A stretch of 64,000 nt of DNA from Bacillota bacterium (GTDB lineage: Bacteria > Bacillota > Sulfobacillia > DUSP01 > DYEP01), in the NCBI GenBank assembly GCA_040755615.1, contig JBFMAL010000010.1, forward strand, positions 4,934 to 68,933, read 5' to 3'. A program made the translations under genes and the position numbers. The first letter of the stretch is position 1; each line of letters starts with the position of its first letter. Of the stretch, positions 16,763-25,420 are shown in pieces. Under the pieces are notes generated by a model that was not told the origin of the DNA, searched no databases, and saw only the letters and a program-made list of their open reading frames with translations.

Positions 16763-17695
16763 ATGGCTGTCAACATGAAAGGCAAGGACCTAGTGTCAGT
16801 GCATGACTTGACAACAGAGGAAGTCTACCAGATCTTAAGGACTGCTGAATACGTGAAAATGATGAATAAGACCGGCTCGAGGTTCCAGCCGCTTTCCGGT
16901 AAGACCCTCGGCATGATCTTTACCAAGCCTTCCACCAGGACCCGGATATCCTTTGAGGTTGCGATATACGAGCTGGGCGGGTACGGCTTGTTCCTGAGCG
17001 CCAACGAGCTTCAGCTGCGGCGCGGTGAGACCATCGCCGATACGGCCCGTGTGCTGTCAAGGTACATACACGGTATCATGATCCGCACCTTTGACCACAA
17101 GGACGTGGTTGACCTGGCGCACTACGCCACCATCCCTGTGATCAACGGGCTGACAGACCTTCTCCACCCGTGCCAGGCACTGGCTGATATCTTCACCATC
17201 TACGAGAAGAAAGGGCGGCTCGATGGCCTCAAACTCGCTTACGTCGGCGACGGCAACAACGTTGCCCATTCTCTGATGCATGCAGGGGCGAAGGTGGGCA
17301 TGAAGGTCGCAGTGGTCACGCCCGAAGGCTATGAACCCAACCCCGAAGTGGTGAGGACGGCCCGGGAAGATGCCGCCGCCACCGGAGCGGAGATCATCCT
17401 GACGAATGATCCCAAAGAGGGAGTCCGCGACGCGGACGTAGTCTACACCGATGTGTGGACCAGCATGGGCCAGGAGAAGGAGCATGATGACCGGGTGGCA
17501 GCGCTCACGCCCTACCAGGTGAACCCGTCACTATTGGCGCACGCGAAGCAGGATGTCATTTTCATGCACTGCCTCCCCGCTCACAGGGGTGAAGAAGTTG
17601 TGGATGAGGTTATTGACGGCCCGCGTTCTGTCGTATGGGACGAGGCGGAGAACCGGTTGCACGTGCAAAAGGCCATCTTAGCGTTGGTCATGTAG
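16763..17695 (+). CDS. argF: Ornithine carbamoyltransferase
   Basis: STRTRISFE, HPCQALAD, DVWTSMG and FMHCLPAHRGEE motifs. Whether it is anabolic or catabolic cannot be told from sequence; the context suggests catabolic. Confidence 0.9.
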   Translation: MAVNMKGKDLVSVHDLTTEEVYQILRTAEYVKMMNKTGSRFQPLSGKTLGMIFTKPSTRTRISFEVAIYELGGYGLFLSANELQLRRGETIADTARVLSRYIHGIMIRTFDHKDVVDLAHYATIPVINGLTDLLHPCQALADIFTIYEKKGRLDGLKLAYVGDGNNVAHSLMHAGAKVGMKVAVVTPEGYEPNPEVVRTAREDAAATGAEIILTNDPKEGVRDADVVYTDVWTSMGQEKEHDDRVAALTPYQVNPSLLAHAKQDVIFMHCLPAHRGEEVVDEVIDGPRSVVWDEAENRLHVQKAILALVM

Positions 17696-17734
17696 GATAA
17701 AAGATACTCCAGAAGATAGGGGAGAGGAAGCGCT

Positions 17735-19048
17735 GTGAAGAGAACCAAGGTGCTAATAATGGGAGCGGCCGGCAGGGACTTCCACAACTTCAATACGTAC
17801 TTCAGAGGAAATAAGAACTACGAGGTTGTATGTTTTACGGCCACTCAGATCCCGGATATCGAGGGGAGGGTGTATCCGGCTGAGCTTGCGGGGGATCTCT
17901 ATCCAAATGGGATACCCATTTACCCGGAAGAAGAACTGACTGGCCTGATTGAGAAGTATGGCGTGGACCAGGTGGTATTTGCTTACAGCGACGTCCCCCA
18001 TGAGTACGTCATGCACAAGGCCTCGCAGGTCCATGCAGCGGGCGCCGATTTCCGGCTGCTTGGACCCAAGTCTACCATGCTGAAATCCTCAAAACCCGTA
18101 GTGGCCGTATGCGCTGTGCGTACGGGCGCAGGCAAGTCGCAGACGACGAGAAAGGTCTGCGAGATCCTGCGGAACATGGGCAAGAAAGTGGTCGCGGTCC
18201 GGCACCCCATGCCGTACGGGGATCTGAGGAAGCAGGTGTGCCAGCGGTTCGCCACCTACGCTGACCTGGATTTCCACAAATGCACCATAGAAGAACGCGA
18301 GGAGTACGAGCCCCACATCGACATGGGGACGGTAGTGTACGCGGGAGTTGACTACGAGGCCATCCTGAGAGAGGCAGAAAAGGAAGCAGACGTGGTCGTG
18401 TGGGATGGAGGAAACAACGACTTCTCCTTCTATGTGGCGGACATCTACATCGTGGTCGCCGACCCTCATAGGCCGGGACACGAGCTGCGTTACCATCCGG
18501 GAGAGACCAACGCCCGCCTTGCCCACGTGGTGGTTATGAACAAGATGGAGACAGCGACCCCTGAGGGAATATCTCAAGTGAGGCACAACGTGGAGGCGGT
18601 AAACCCCGGCGTGACCTGGATCGATGCGGTATCCCCGCTGACTGTTGACGATCCGGATGCTGTCAGAGGAAAGCGTGTACTCGTCATCGAAGACGGACCC
18701 ACCCTTACCCACGGTGAGATGACGTACGGAGCAGGCATTATGGCGGCACGGAAGTTCGGCGCCGCCGAGATCATTGACCCCAGGCCGTACGCCGCAGGAA
18801 GCATTCGCGATACGTACGCGAAGTATACCCATATCGGTACGCTTTTGCCCGCCATGGGCTATGGAGAGCGGCAGGTCAGGGAACTGGAGCAGACCATCAA
18901 TGCGGCTGACTGCGATTTGGTGATAGCGGCTACGCCGATTGACCTCCGCAGAATCATGAAGATCAACAAGCCCGCCGTCCGGGTTCGCTACTCGTTGCAG
19001 GAGATCGGGCGTCCTACACTCGCTGACGTGCTCGAGAAACTCAGATAA
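17735..19048 (+). CDS. P-loop NTPase resembling the cyclic 2,3-diphosphoglycerate synthetase / predicted-GTPase family (copy 1); function unknown
   Basis: N-terminal Rossmann-like VLIMGAAGRDFHNF and a Walker A-like AVRTGAGKSQTT. 437 aa. The family assignment is from memory of cpgS-like proteins. Confidence 0.65.
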   Translation: MKRTKVLIMGAAGRDFHNFNTYFRGNKNYEVVCFTATQIPDIEGRVYPAELAGDLYPNGIPIYPEEELTGLIEKYGVDQVVFAYSDVPHEYVMHKASQVHAAGADFRLLGPKSTMLKSSKPVVAVCAVRTGAGKSQTTRKVCEILRNMGKKVVAVRHPMPYGDLRKQVCQRFATYADLDFHKCTIEEREEYEPHIDMGTVVYAGVDYEAILREAEKEADVVVWDGGNNDFSFYVADIYIVVADPHRPGHELRYHPGETNARLAHVVVMNKMETATPEGISQVRHNVEAVNPGVTWIDAVSPLTVDDPDAVRGKRVLVIEDGPTLTHGEMTYGAGIMAARKFGAAEIIDPRPYAAGSIRDTYAKYTHIGTLLPAMGYGERQVRELEQTINAADCDLVIAATPIDLRRIMKINKPAVRVRYSLQEIGRPTLADVLEKLR

Positions 19049-19071
19049 ACAATACCCACATACAAGATACA

Positions 19072-19110
19072 AGCAGGGGGGCCCCGGGAAAGAGCTCCCC
19101 TGCTTTTTTC
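19072..19110 (+). terminator. Rho-independent terminator closing the ord-to-P-loop operon
   Basis: AAGCAGGGG...CCCCTGCTT stem followed by TTTTT. Confidence 0.8.
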
Positions 19111-19213
19111 GGCTGCCCAACATCCCATATATTAAAGCAATCTACCAGGAGGATATCGCCCCGCATGCCTAGAATGATCGCAGCACTTGGATAAAAGGGG
19201 GCAGGCGCCGGGG

Positions 19214-20284
19214 ATGAAATGCCCGAGAATAGAGGTACGCCTTTCAGATATCACGTTCAATGCGGAACAGATAATCCGCCTCGCACAGCGGTCCGGCGTC
19301 GAGGTAGTAGGAGTCACCAAGGCGTTCCACGGCGATGTGAACATCGCCCGGGCCATGCTGGAAGGCGGAATAAAGAAGCTGGCGGATTCAAGGCTTGCAA
19401 GTATCGCTACGCTCAGGAAGGCGTTTCCGTCAGTACCCGTCATGCTGATCAGGTCTCCCGGGTACCACGAGTGCGAGGAGGCTGTCAGGCTTGCGGATGT
19501 ATCGCTCATTTCTTCAGTAAAGACCGCGGAATGGCTGGACCAGGCGGCTAAGTCCCAGGGTGTTACTCACGATGTCGTGCTCATGGTGGACCTTGGAGAT
19601 CTGCGCGAGGGCGTGCTCCCCGAGCATGCCGTAGATGTGGGAAGACAGATCTGCGCGCTTCGGAACGTCCGCCTTGTGGGACTCGGAGCTGAGCTGGGTT
19701 GCATTGCGGGTGTGCTTCCTTCTCCGCCTGCCATCCATACCCTCCGGCAGGTGAGAGCCGAACTTCAATCCATGTGCGAAGTGGAGCTCGATGTAATGTC
19801 GCCGGGAAGCTCATCAGCCCTCTTCCTGCTTGAACAAGGCGAGATGCCTGACTTTGTGAATCAGCTCAGGATCGGCTCGGTCATTTTGACAGGCACCGAC
19901 GATATGAGAGGCAGGATCATCCCCTGGCTCCGGCACCACGCGTTTATGCTGGTTGCCGAGCTGCTCGAAGTATACACCAAGCATTCGGCTCCGTTCGGTC
20001 CGCTCGGCACGAACGCGTTCGGTGAGATGCCTGTTTATGAGGATCTCGGAATGAGGAAAAGGGGGATCCTGTCGCTGGGCAGGGTGGACTGCCATGACGG
20101 TGATCTTACCCCTCTGGACGAAGGAGTCAGGCTCCTTGGTATATCTTCAGACCATGCCGCGCTTGACCTCACCGACTGTAGACGAGATTTCCAGGTGGGT
20201 GACGAGGTGGCATTTCACATCGGGTATACCTCAATTGTTCGCTGCTTTACCTCTCCCTTCGTGCACAGGTACTACATACGATGA
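19214..20284 (+). CDS. Alanine-racemase-fold PLP enzyme, Orr paralog (predicted amino-acid racemase, substrate unknown)
   Basis: It aligns along its whole length with the Orr at 13363 (MKCPRIEV vs MKNPRIEI; GVTKA vs GVTKG; MVDLGDLREG vs MVDTGDLREG; SSDHAALDLTDC vs SSDHLIVDVTDC). Roughly one third of residues are identical by eye. TTG 19187 is an alternative start. Confidence 0.75.
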   Translation: MKCPRIEVRLSDITFNAEQIIRLAQRSGVEVVGVTKAFHGDVNIARAMLEGGIKKLADSRLASIATLRKAFPSVPVMLIRSPGYHECEEAVRLADVSLISSVKTAEWLDQAAKSQGVTHDVVLMVDLGDLREGVLPEHAVDVGRQICALRNVRLVGLGAELGCIAGVLPSPPAIHTLRQVRAELQSMCEVELDVMSPGSSSALFLLEQGEMPDFVNQLRIGSVILTGTDDMRGRIIPWLRHHAFMLVAELLEVYTKHSAPFGPLGTNAFGEMPVYEDLGMRKRGILSLGRVDCHDGDLTPLDEGVRLLGISSDHAALDLTDCRRDFQVGDEVAFHIGYTSIVRCFTSPFVHRYYIR

Positions 20285-20395
20285 CTCAATTCGAAACGTG
20301 TTACGGATCTTGCCGGCACCTGGCCCGCTTTTGAATAGAAGAACCATCTCTTCTCCATCTTATTAGCGAGGGAAAGGTGGAGAGGGGTAAACGAC

Positions 20396-22027
20396 TTGAC
20401 ACTCAACCAGTGGATTTACTTCGGCGCGTGCGCAGTTTATATAGGATTCTTTCTTCTGTTTGTGAGGTTCTTTTACTGGAAGTATTATTCGACCAAGCAC
20501 TGCTGGTCAAAGCGTCCCTGGCTGTCAGATGAACCCGGGCCCGATGCGCCCTTTCTGTCCATTGTGATTCCAGCCAGAGAGGAAGCGGATGTGATCGCCC
20601 GGACCATCCGGCACCTGGCCGCGCTGGACTATCCCAAAGAACGCTACGAGGTTATCATCGCCTCCGATGATAAGGAGCAGCGCGACGCAGACCGGATCCG
20701 GCGAGACGCGGTGGCGGAGTGCGAGACCGCTCTCATTACGGGCGACATGCGGGCAACCGGGCTCGGCGTGTTTGCGCGTCAGATGCTCACCTGTCTTCTC
20801 AGGCAGGAGGCTGCATGTCATGGGGTGCATGCCTATGGCCGAAAGCAAGGGACTGCCCTGTTGAACGGGCTCGGGTACGGCGAAACCAGGAGGGTGATCA
20901 ACTACTGTCTGATTGACAGCAGTCTTCGCGATAGACTATGGTCGCTCGCCAGGATGCTCTATCCGACCACTCAGGAAGTGGTGGAAGAGACGATCTCCGC
21001 ACCAGGCTATGACAGACCCAGGGTTGTACATGTGTCGGTGCCCTGTGACTTCGACGGATTCTACCCTGGACAGTGCGTGGGGCAAGACGTCCGATCCACA
21101 AAAGGCAGGGCGCTGAACCGGGCATTATCCGCGCTCAGCCCGCACACTGAGATGATAGGATTCTTCGACGCGGAGAGCAGACCCGATCCGGGAGTCTTGC
21201 GGTATGTGGCGTACCGGTTAAGATCGGCAAGCCCGCCTTCTATCCTTCAGGGCCCCGTCTTTCAGGTCAGGAACTATTTCTCCATAAACCCCCTCTGCCG
21301 CATCGCAGCTCTTTATCAGGCGGTATCTCATGACTGGTACCTCCCGTACCTGTTCCGGGCGCTTCCTTTCGTAGGCGGAACCAACCTGTTCATCTCCCGG
21401 GACTTGCTCATTTCATCCGGCGGTTTTGATAGGGACATCCTTACCGAGGACCTTGAGTATGGTGTCAGGGCGTACCTGGTCTGGGGTGCATGGCCCGAGT
21501 ATCTACCGTACCCGTCCAGTGAACAGACCCCGCCCACCATAATGGCGTTCTTCAGGCAACGGATGCGATGGGGTACGGGGCACCTGCAGGTAATGAAGAA
21601 AGTATCCGGGATGACAGATGTAGACCCGTTGAAGCGAAGAGTTCTTTTAAGAAGGCTCTTCTTGAAAGGGCAGGCAGAATGGATCATGTATCAAACTGCC
21701 ACGCTGGTACCTCCTGCTATGATTGTGCTCTGGCACCTGGGCATGGTTGATCCTTCCGCAGCGCCGGCTATACTCCGTTACTTCCTGCACGTCATCACCT
21801 TGACCTACTTCGGGTTCACCTTCTACGTCTTCAGAAGGTATTCCGATTATATTGATAAGAATACGGCGCCCAAGACTGCGTTAGCTTGCTGCATGGCGTA
21901 CCTTGGATTGCTGCTCCTTCCTCTTGCCGCATTTCTCTTTCCATTTCCTTATACTGCAGCGCTTATACGCTATTCGATGACTGCGCGCCCGATGTCCTGG
22001 ACAAAGACGCCGCGGACTAGGGAATGA
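20396..22027 (+). CDS. Membrane-bound family 2 glycosyltransferase (processive type) with a large insertion in the catalytic domain
   Basis: N-terminal TM helix, IVIPAREE, IASDD, FFDAESRPD and the Q-x-x-RW motif (RQRMRWGTGHLQ), plus C-terminal TM helices. TTG start. Confidence 0.75.
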   Translation: MTLNQWIYFGACAVYIGFFLLFVRFFYWKYYSTKHCWSKRPWLSDEPGPDAPFLSIVIPAREEADVIARTIRHLAALDYPKERYEVIIASDDKEQRDADRIRRDAVAECETALITGDMRATGLGVFARQMLTCLLRQEAACHGVHAYGRKQGTALLNGLGYGETRRVINYCLIDSSLRDRLWSLARMLYPTTQEVVEETISAPGYDRPRVVHVSVPCDFDGFYPGQCVGQDVRSTKGRALNRALSALSPHTEMIGFFDAESRPDPGVLRYVAYRLRSASPPSILQGPVFQVRNYFSINPLCRIAALYQAVSHDWYLPYLFRALPFVGGTNLFISRDLLISSGGFDRDILTEDLEYGVRAYLVWGAWPEYLPYPSSEQTPPTIMAFFRQRMRWGTGHLQVMKKVSGMTDVDPLKRRVLLRRLFLKGQAEWIMYQTATLVPPAMIVLWHLGMVDPSAAPAILRYFLHVITLTYFGFTFYVFRRYSDYIDKNTAPKTALACCMAYLGLLLLPLAAFLFPFPYTAALIRYSMTARPMSWTKTPRTRE

Positions 22028-22064
22028 GAGTTTCAGGCACAATACTACCAGGGAGGGATGTTCC

Positions 22065-23471
22065 ATGCCGAAAAGGATTGTCATAATGGGAGCGGCAGGC
22101 AGGGATTTCCATAACTTTAACGTTTTTTTCAGGCATAACCCTGAGTACCAGGTGGTTGCGTTCACCGCCACGCAGATCCCAGATATTTCGGGGCGAGTGT
22201 ACCCGCCAGAGCTCGCCGGCCCCAACTACCCTGAGGGGATCCCCATATATCCTGAGGAAGAACTCGAAGCGCTAATAAGGAACGCCAGGATCGACCAGGT
22301 GGTATTCGCTTACAGTGACGTATCGCACCAGTACGTGATGCACAAGGCTTCAGTAGCGCTGTCATGCGGCGCTGATTTCGTCTTGATGGGCCCCAGGGCA
22401 ACCATGCTGGAATCGACCAAACCGGTGGTGTCAGTTGTGGCCGTGAGAACGGGCGTGGGGAAGAGTCAAACCACGAGGCGGGTTTCTGATATCATCAGGA
22501 GTCTCGGGCTCTCTCTGTGCGTGGTCAGGCATCCCATGCCTTACGGCGATCTTGCCCAGCAGACAGTGCAGCGTTTTGCGGCGTACGAAGACCTGGACAG
22601 GCACAGGTGTACAATAGAAGAGAGGGAGGAGTACGAACCGCACATAGACCGGGGGAACGTGGTATATGCAGGGGTGGACTACGAGCGCATCCTCAGGGAG
22701 GCCGAGAGGGAAGCAGACGTAATCCTGTGGGACGGGGGAAACAACGATATGCCCTTTTACAAGCCGGACATAAATATCGTCCTGGTTGATCCCCACAGGC
22801 CTGGTCACGAGCTGATGTATCACCCTGGTGAAACCAACCTGCGGGCGGCGGATTGTGTGGTGATAAACAAGGTAGACACGGCAGACGGCGATGACGTGGA
22901 CGAGGTAAGAGATAGTGTACATCAGGTAAACCCGAGAGCGGTGGTGATCGAGGCCGCTTCTCCCATTTTCGTCGAGACTCCTGCCCAGGTGAGGGGCAAG
23001 AGGGTTCTGGTGGTTGAGGACGGACCGACTCTCACTCACGGAGAGATGACCTATGGTGCGGGCATAATTGCAGCGAAGAAGTTTGGTGCGGCGGAGATCA
23101 TCGATCCCAGGGGAGCCGCGACGCCCGCGATCAGGGCCGTGTACGACAAGTATCCACACATAGGCCCATTACTGCCGGCAATGGGTTACGGGCAGAACCA
23201 GATCGCAGAACTCAGAGAAACCATAAACGCAGTAGACTGTGACACGGTGATCATCGCGACTCCAATAGACTTAAGGAGGGTAGCCGACTTCGTCCATCCG
23301 GCGGTACGTGTGAGATACGAGCTGCAGGAGATAGGCAAACCTGATCTTGTTGATGTGATTTCGCCGATTTTGTCCAAGTATGCCACGCACACGGAGGAAT
23401 CTGCACCCGCATCGCCCAATTACCTACTGAATCGACCCGCTATGGAATATAAGGAATATAACAGATGTTAG
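22065..23471 (+). CDS. P-loop NTPase resembling the cyclic 2,3-diphosphoglycerate synthetase / predicted-GTPase family (copy 2)
   Basis: Collinear with copy 1, and roughly two thirds of residues are identical by eye (IVIMGAAGRDFHNFN, AVRTGVGKSQTT, CTIEEREEYEPHID, EDGPTLTHGEMTYGAG). It carries an extra ~30-aa C-terminal tail. Confidence 0.65.
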   Translation: MPKRIVIMGAAGRDFHNFNVFFRHNPEYQVVAFTATQIPDISGRVYPPELAGPNYPEGIPIYPEEELEALIRNARIDQVVFAYSDVSHQYVMHKASVALSCGADFVLMGPRATMLESTKPVVSVVAVRTGVGKSQTTRRVSDIIRSLGLSLCVVRHPMPYGDLAQQTVQRFAAYEDLDRHRCTIEEREEYEPHIDRGNVVYAGVDYERILREAEREADVILWDGGNNDMPFYKPDINIVLVDPHRPGHELMYHPGETNLRAADCVVINKVDTADGDDVDEVRDSVHQVNPRAVVIEAASPIFVETPAQVRGKRVLVVEDGPTLTHGEMTYGAGIIAAKKFGAAEIIDPRGAATPAIRAVYDKYPHIGPLLPAMGYGQNQIAELRETINAVDCDTVIIATPIDLRRVADFVHPAVRVRYELQEIGKPDLVDVISPILSKYATHTEESAPASPNYLLNRPAMEYKEYNRC

Positions 23472-23492
23472 GGTCGACCGGGAGGGTAGCGA

Positions 23493-23765
23493 TTGGACCT
23501 GAAGACAGCACTGGGAACTTTTGCGTTGATCTTCTTTGCGGAACTTGGGGACAAAACACAGCTGACCACGATGATGCTGGCAGCTCAGAGCAAGGCCCCT
23601 GTGGCGGTGTTTGTGGGCGCTGCAGGGGCTCTTGTGCTCACTTCTTTGCTGGGAGTAGTCTTTGGAGAGACAGTCACACGCCTGATTCCTGTCACCTACG
23701 TGAGGACCGGTGCGGGAATTGCCTTTATCGTACTCGGAGCCCTTCTTATCTCAGGCAAGCTTTGA
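23493..23765 (+). CDS. UPF0016 (GDT1/TMEM165) family half-size membrane protein
   Basis: Signature E-x-G-D-K-T (FFAELGDKTQL) and three predicted TM helices in 90 aa. Confidence 0.75.
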   Translation: MDLKTALGTFALIFFAELGDKTQLTTMMLAAQSKAPVAVFVGAAGALVLTSLLGVVFGETVTRLIPVTYVRTGAGIAFIVLGALLISGKL

Positions 23766-24716
23766 GGGTTTACCGCAGTTCGGACAGTACTTCCTAACGA
23801 CAGGCACCAGCGCCCGGCATTCAGGACAGGCGGCCTGAAGCAGAAACCCACACGACGGGCAGTACAATTCACCCCTGACGCCGAATCCGCAGGCCGGGCA
23901 CTGCCCTTTACGGAATCGCTGGTTACGTACCCGCTCAGGATTAGTTACGTAGCGCTTCAGGGCGACCAGTGCAGCGCCCGTTGCAACCGTACCCGCAACA
24001 CTGACAGCGATCTGGGCAACGTCTCTCACGAGGTGCCATGCGTATTGAGCGGACATGACGACTGCCTGAACCGTAGAAAAGCCCAGGAAGGCGGTGCCTA
24101 GTACAAGGTGTCTTGATCTCTTTGCCCTGAGCACTTGCCATATCCAGTAGGAAAGGCCAAAGACCGGAAATACATATGCGAACCTGACCAGAAACAGTTT
24201 CAGTTCATAAACGTTCATTGCCTTTGAGTATGATGCGTTAATATCATCATGGGCGCGGTTGTAGGCTTCCTGGAGCGCCGAAAGCTCCTGCGCAAACCCG
24301 GACCTTAGGGCGGTGGCGGCATCCAATTCCACCATTGCAGATTCCATGGTCTGCCGTGACTCCTCGTACCTCTTCTCCTTGGCCGGATCGGCAAGCCCTT
24401 TCTCTAGGCTCACGCGGTATTCTTCACGCCTGAACTCGTACTCCACTTTTGCCCGCTCAAATGTTTCACGGCTTTGATGGAGGAGAGAGTCGGCGTACGA
24501 GAGCTTCCGCTGGGCCTCGAAGAGACGCTCTGATAACTCGGTAAGCCCGGCGCGTTGTTCCAGCTGGTAGTAATCCGGACGGGGCACTAACCGGGTGATA
24601 CGGTTCATAATCCAAAAACCGCCCATAAGCATGAATATAACCATGCCCAGGGCCAGGATCTTCTCGGCGCGGGAATACTCAATTAGATGGCTCTCCTCTT
24701 CAGCGTGCATCAACAT
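23751..24716 (-). CDS. Membrane protein with a coiled-coil region and a C-terminal double zinc ribbon; function unknown
   Basis: Hydrophobic helices, a long charged heptad-like segment, and CPACG...CPSCG...CPEC...CPNCG at the C-terminus. Confidence 0.55.
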   Translation of the reverse strand: MLMHAEEESHLIEYSRAEKILALGMVIFMLMGGFWIMNRITRLVPRPDYYQLEQRAGLTELSERLFEAQRKLSYADSLLHQSRETFERAKVEYEFRREEYRVSLEKGLADPAKEKRYEESRQTMESAMVELDAATALRSGFAQELSALQEAYNRAHDDINASYSKAMNVYELKLFLVRFAYVFPVFGLSYWIWQVLRAKRSRHLVLGTAFLGFSTVQAVVMSAQYAWHLVRDVAQIAVSVAGTVATGAALVALKRYVTNPERVRNQRFRKGQCPACGFGVRGELYCPSCGFLLQAACPECRALVPVVRKYCPNCGKPSKLA

Positions 24717-24950
24717 CCCTCCTCGACGATCACTTCGACGAGGACGCTCATTTACCTTGAGCTGTCACCTGGAGGATTGTGTAACTTCTTGCAGCTCGAG
24801 TTCATACTGCGCAGAAAATGGGTTGGTCGCCTCCCGTGAGTCTTACTCTGAGTCCTTTTGCTCACCTTTTTGTACCAGTCTGCCGGGCACTACCTTGAAC
24901 TATACACCCTGGTGCAAGTCGAGAGGTACTCTTTTCTTATACAACATAAT

Positions 24951-24972
24951 GAGAGGGGGCAGCGCCCCTCTC
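24951..24972 (-). terminator. Hairpin downstream of the cupin gene
   Basis: Near-perfect GC-rich inverted repeat GAGAGGGG-CAGCGC-CCCTCTC. The U-tract on the minus strand is only weak. Confidence 0.45.
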
Positions 24973-24988
24973 TCGTCGAAACCGGTAT

Positions 24989-25336
24989 TTACCTTGAGAC
25001 GCTGGAGACTGGAAGCCGGGTCACCTGTGATGCGACCAGAGGCGTTTCTTCTGTGTTGACTAGCTGGTGCCATACGCCTCGCGGGGCCAGTATAATGCTG
25101 CCCGGACCTACATCAAACGCCTCTTCCGTACCGTCATCCAGGTAGAACTTTCCGTTTCCCTGGAGCACGATGAACAACTGATCGCTTTCCGGATGCTGGT
25201 GGTAGGCAAGTACCTGTCCTGGCGAGAAATAATAGGTATCTGCGCCGATCTGGTCGGTTTTCATATTCGCAACCTTATTCACTCCGCTGTCCTGCACATG
25301 AAGCTTGGTCAGAACGTTTACACTCTGCCACTTCAT
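24989..25336 (-). CDS. Cupin-domain protein
   Basis: Cupin motifs (YHQHPESDQLFIVLQG..., GSIILAPRGVWHQLVN). Confidence 0.7.
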   Translation of the reverse strand: MKWQSVNVLTKLHVQDSGVNKVANMKTDQIGADTYYFSPGQVLAYHQHPESDQLFIVLQGNGKFYLDDGTEEAFDVGPGSIILAPRGVWHQLVNTEETPLVASQVTRLPVSSVSR

Positions 25337-25420
25337 TGGATCAACCTCCCTGGGGCTGTATTATTCTTCCCTTGCCGAGCTGTCATAACCTTGGTAAAGA
25401 CAGGAGTCGGGTAACCATTT

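Noticed and set aside
20314-20329. A possible sigma-54 promoter, CGGCACCTGGCCCGCT, upstream of the GT2 gene.
   Set aside because: The -24 element and the GG-N10-GC spacing are good, but the -12 region reads CCGC instead of TTGC and no upstream activator sites are evident. It is too weak to call, though worth including in a genome-wide scan.
24717-24950. The ~230-nt leader upstream of the zinc-ribbon membrane protein gene as a possible riboswitch.
   Set aside because: I could not match it to any riboswitch class I know. There is only a weak RBS-sequestering hairpin near 24725-24750, which is insufficient evidence.
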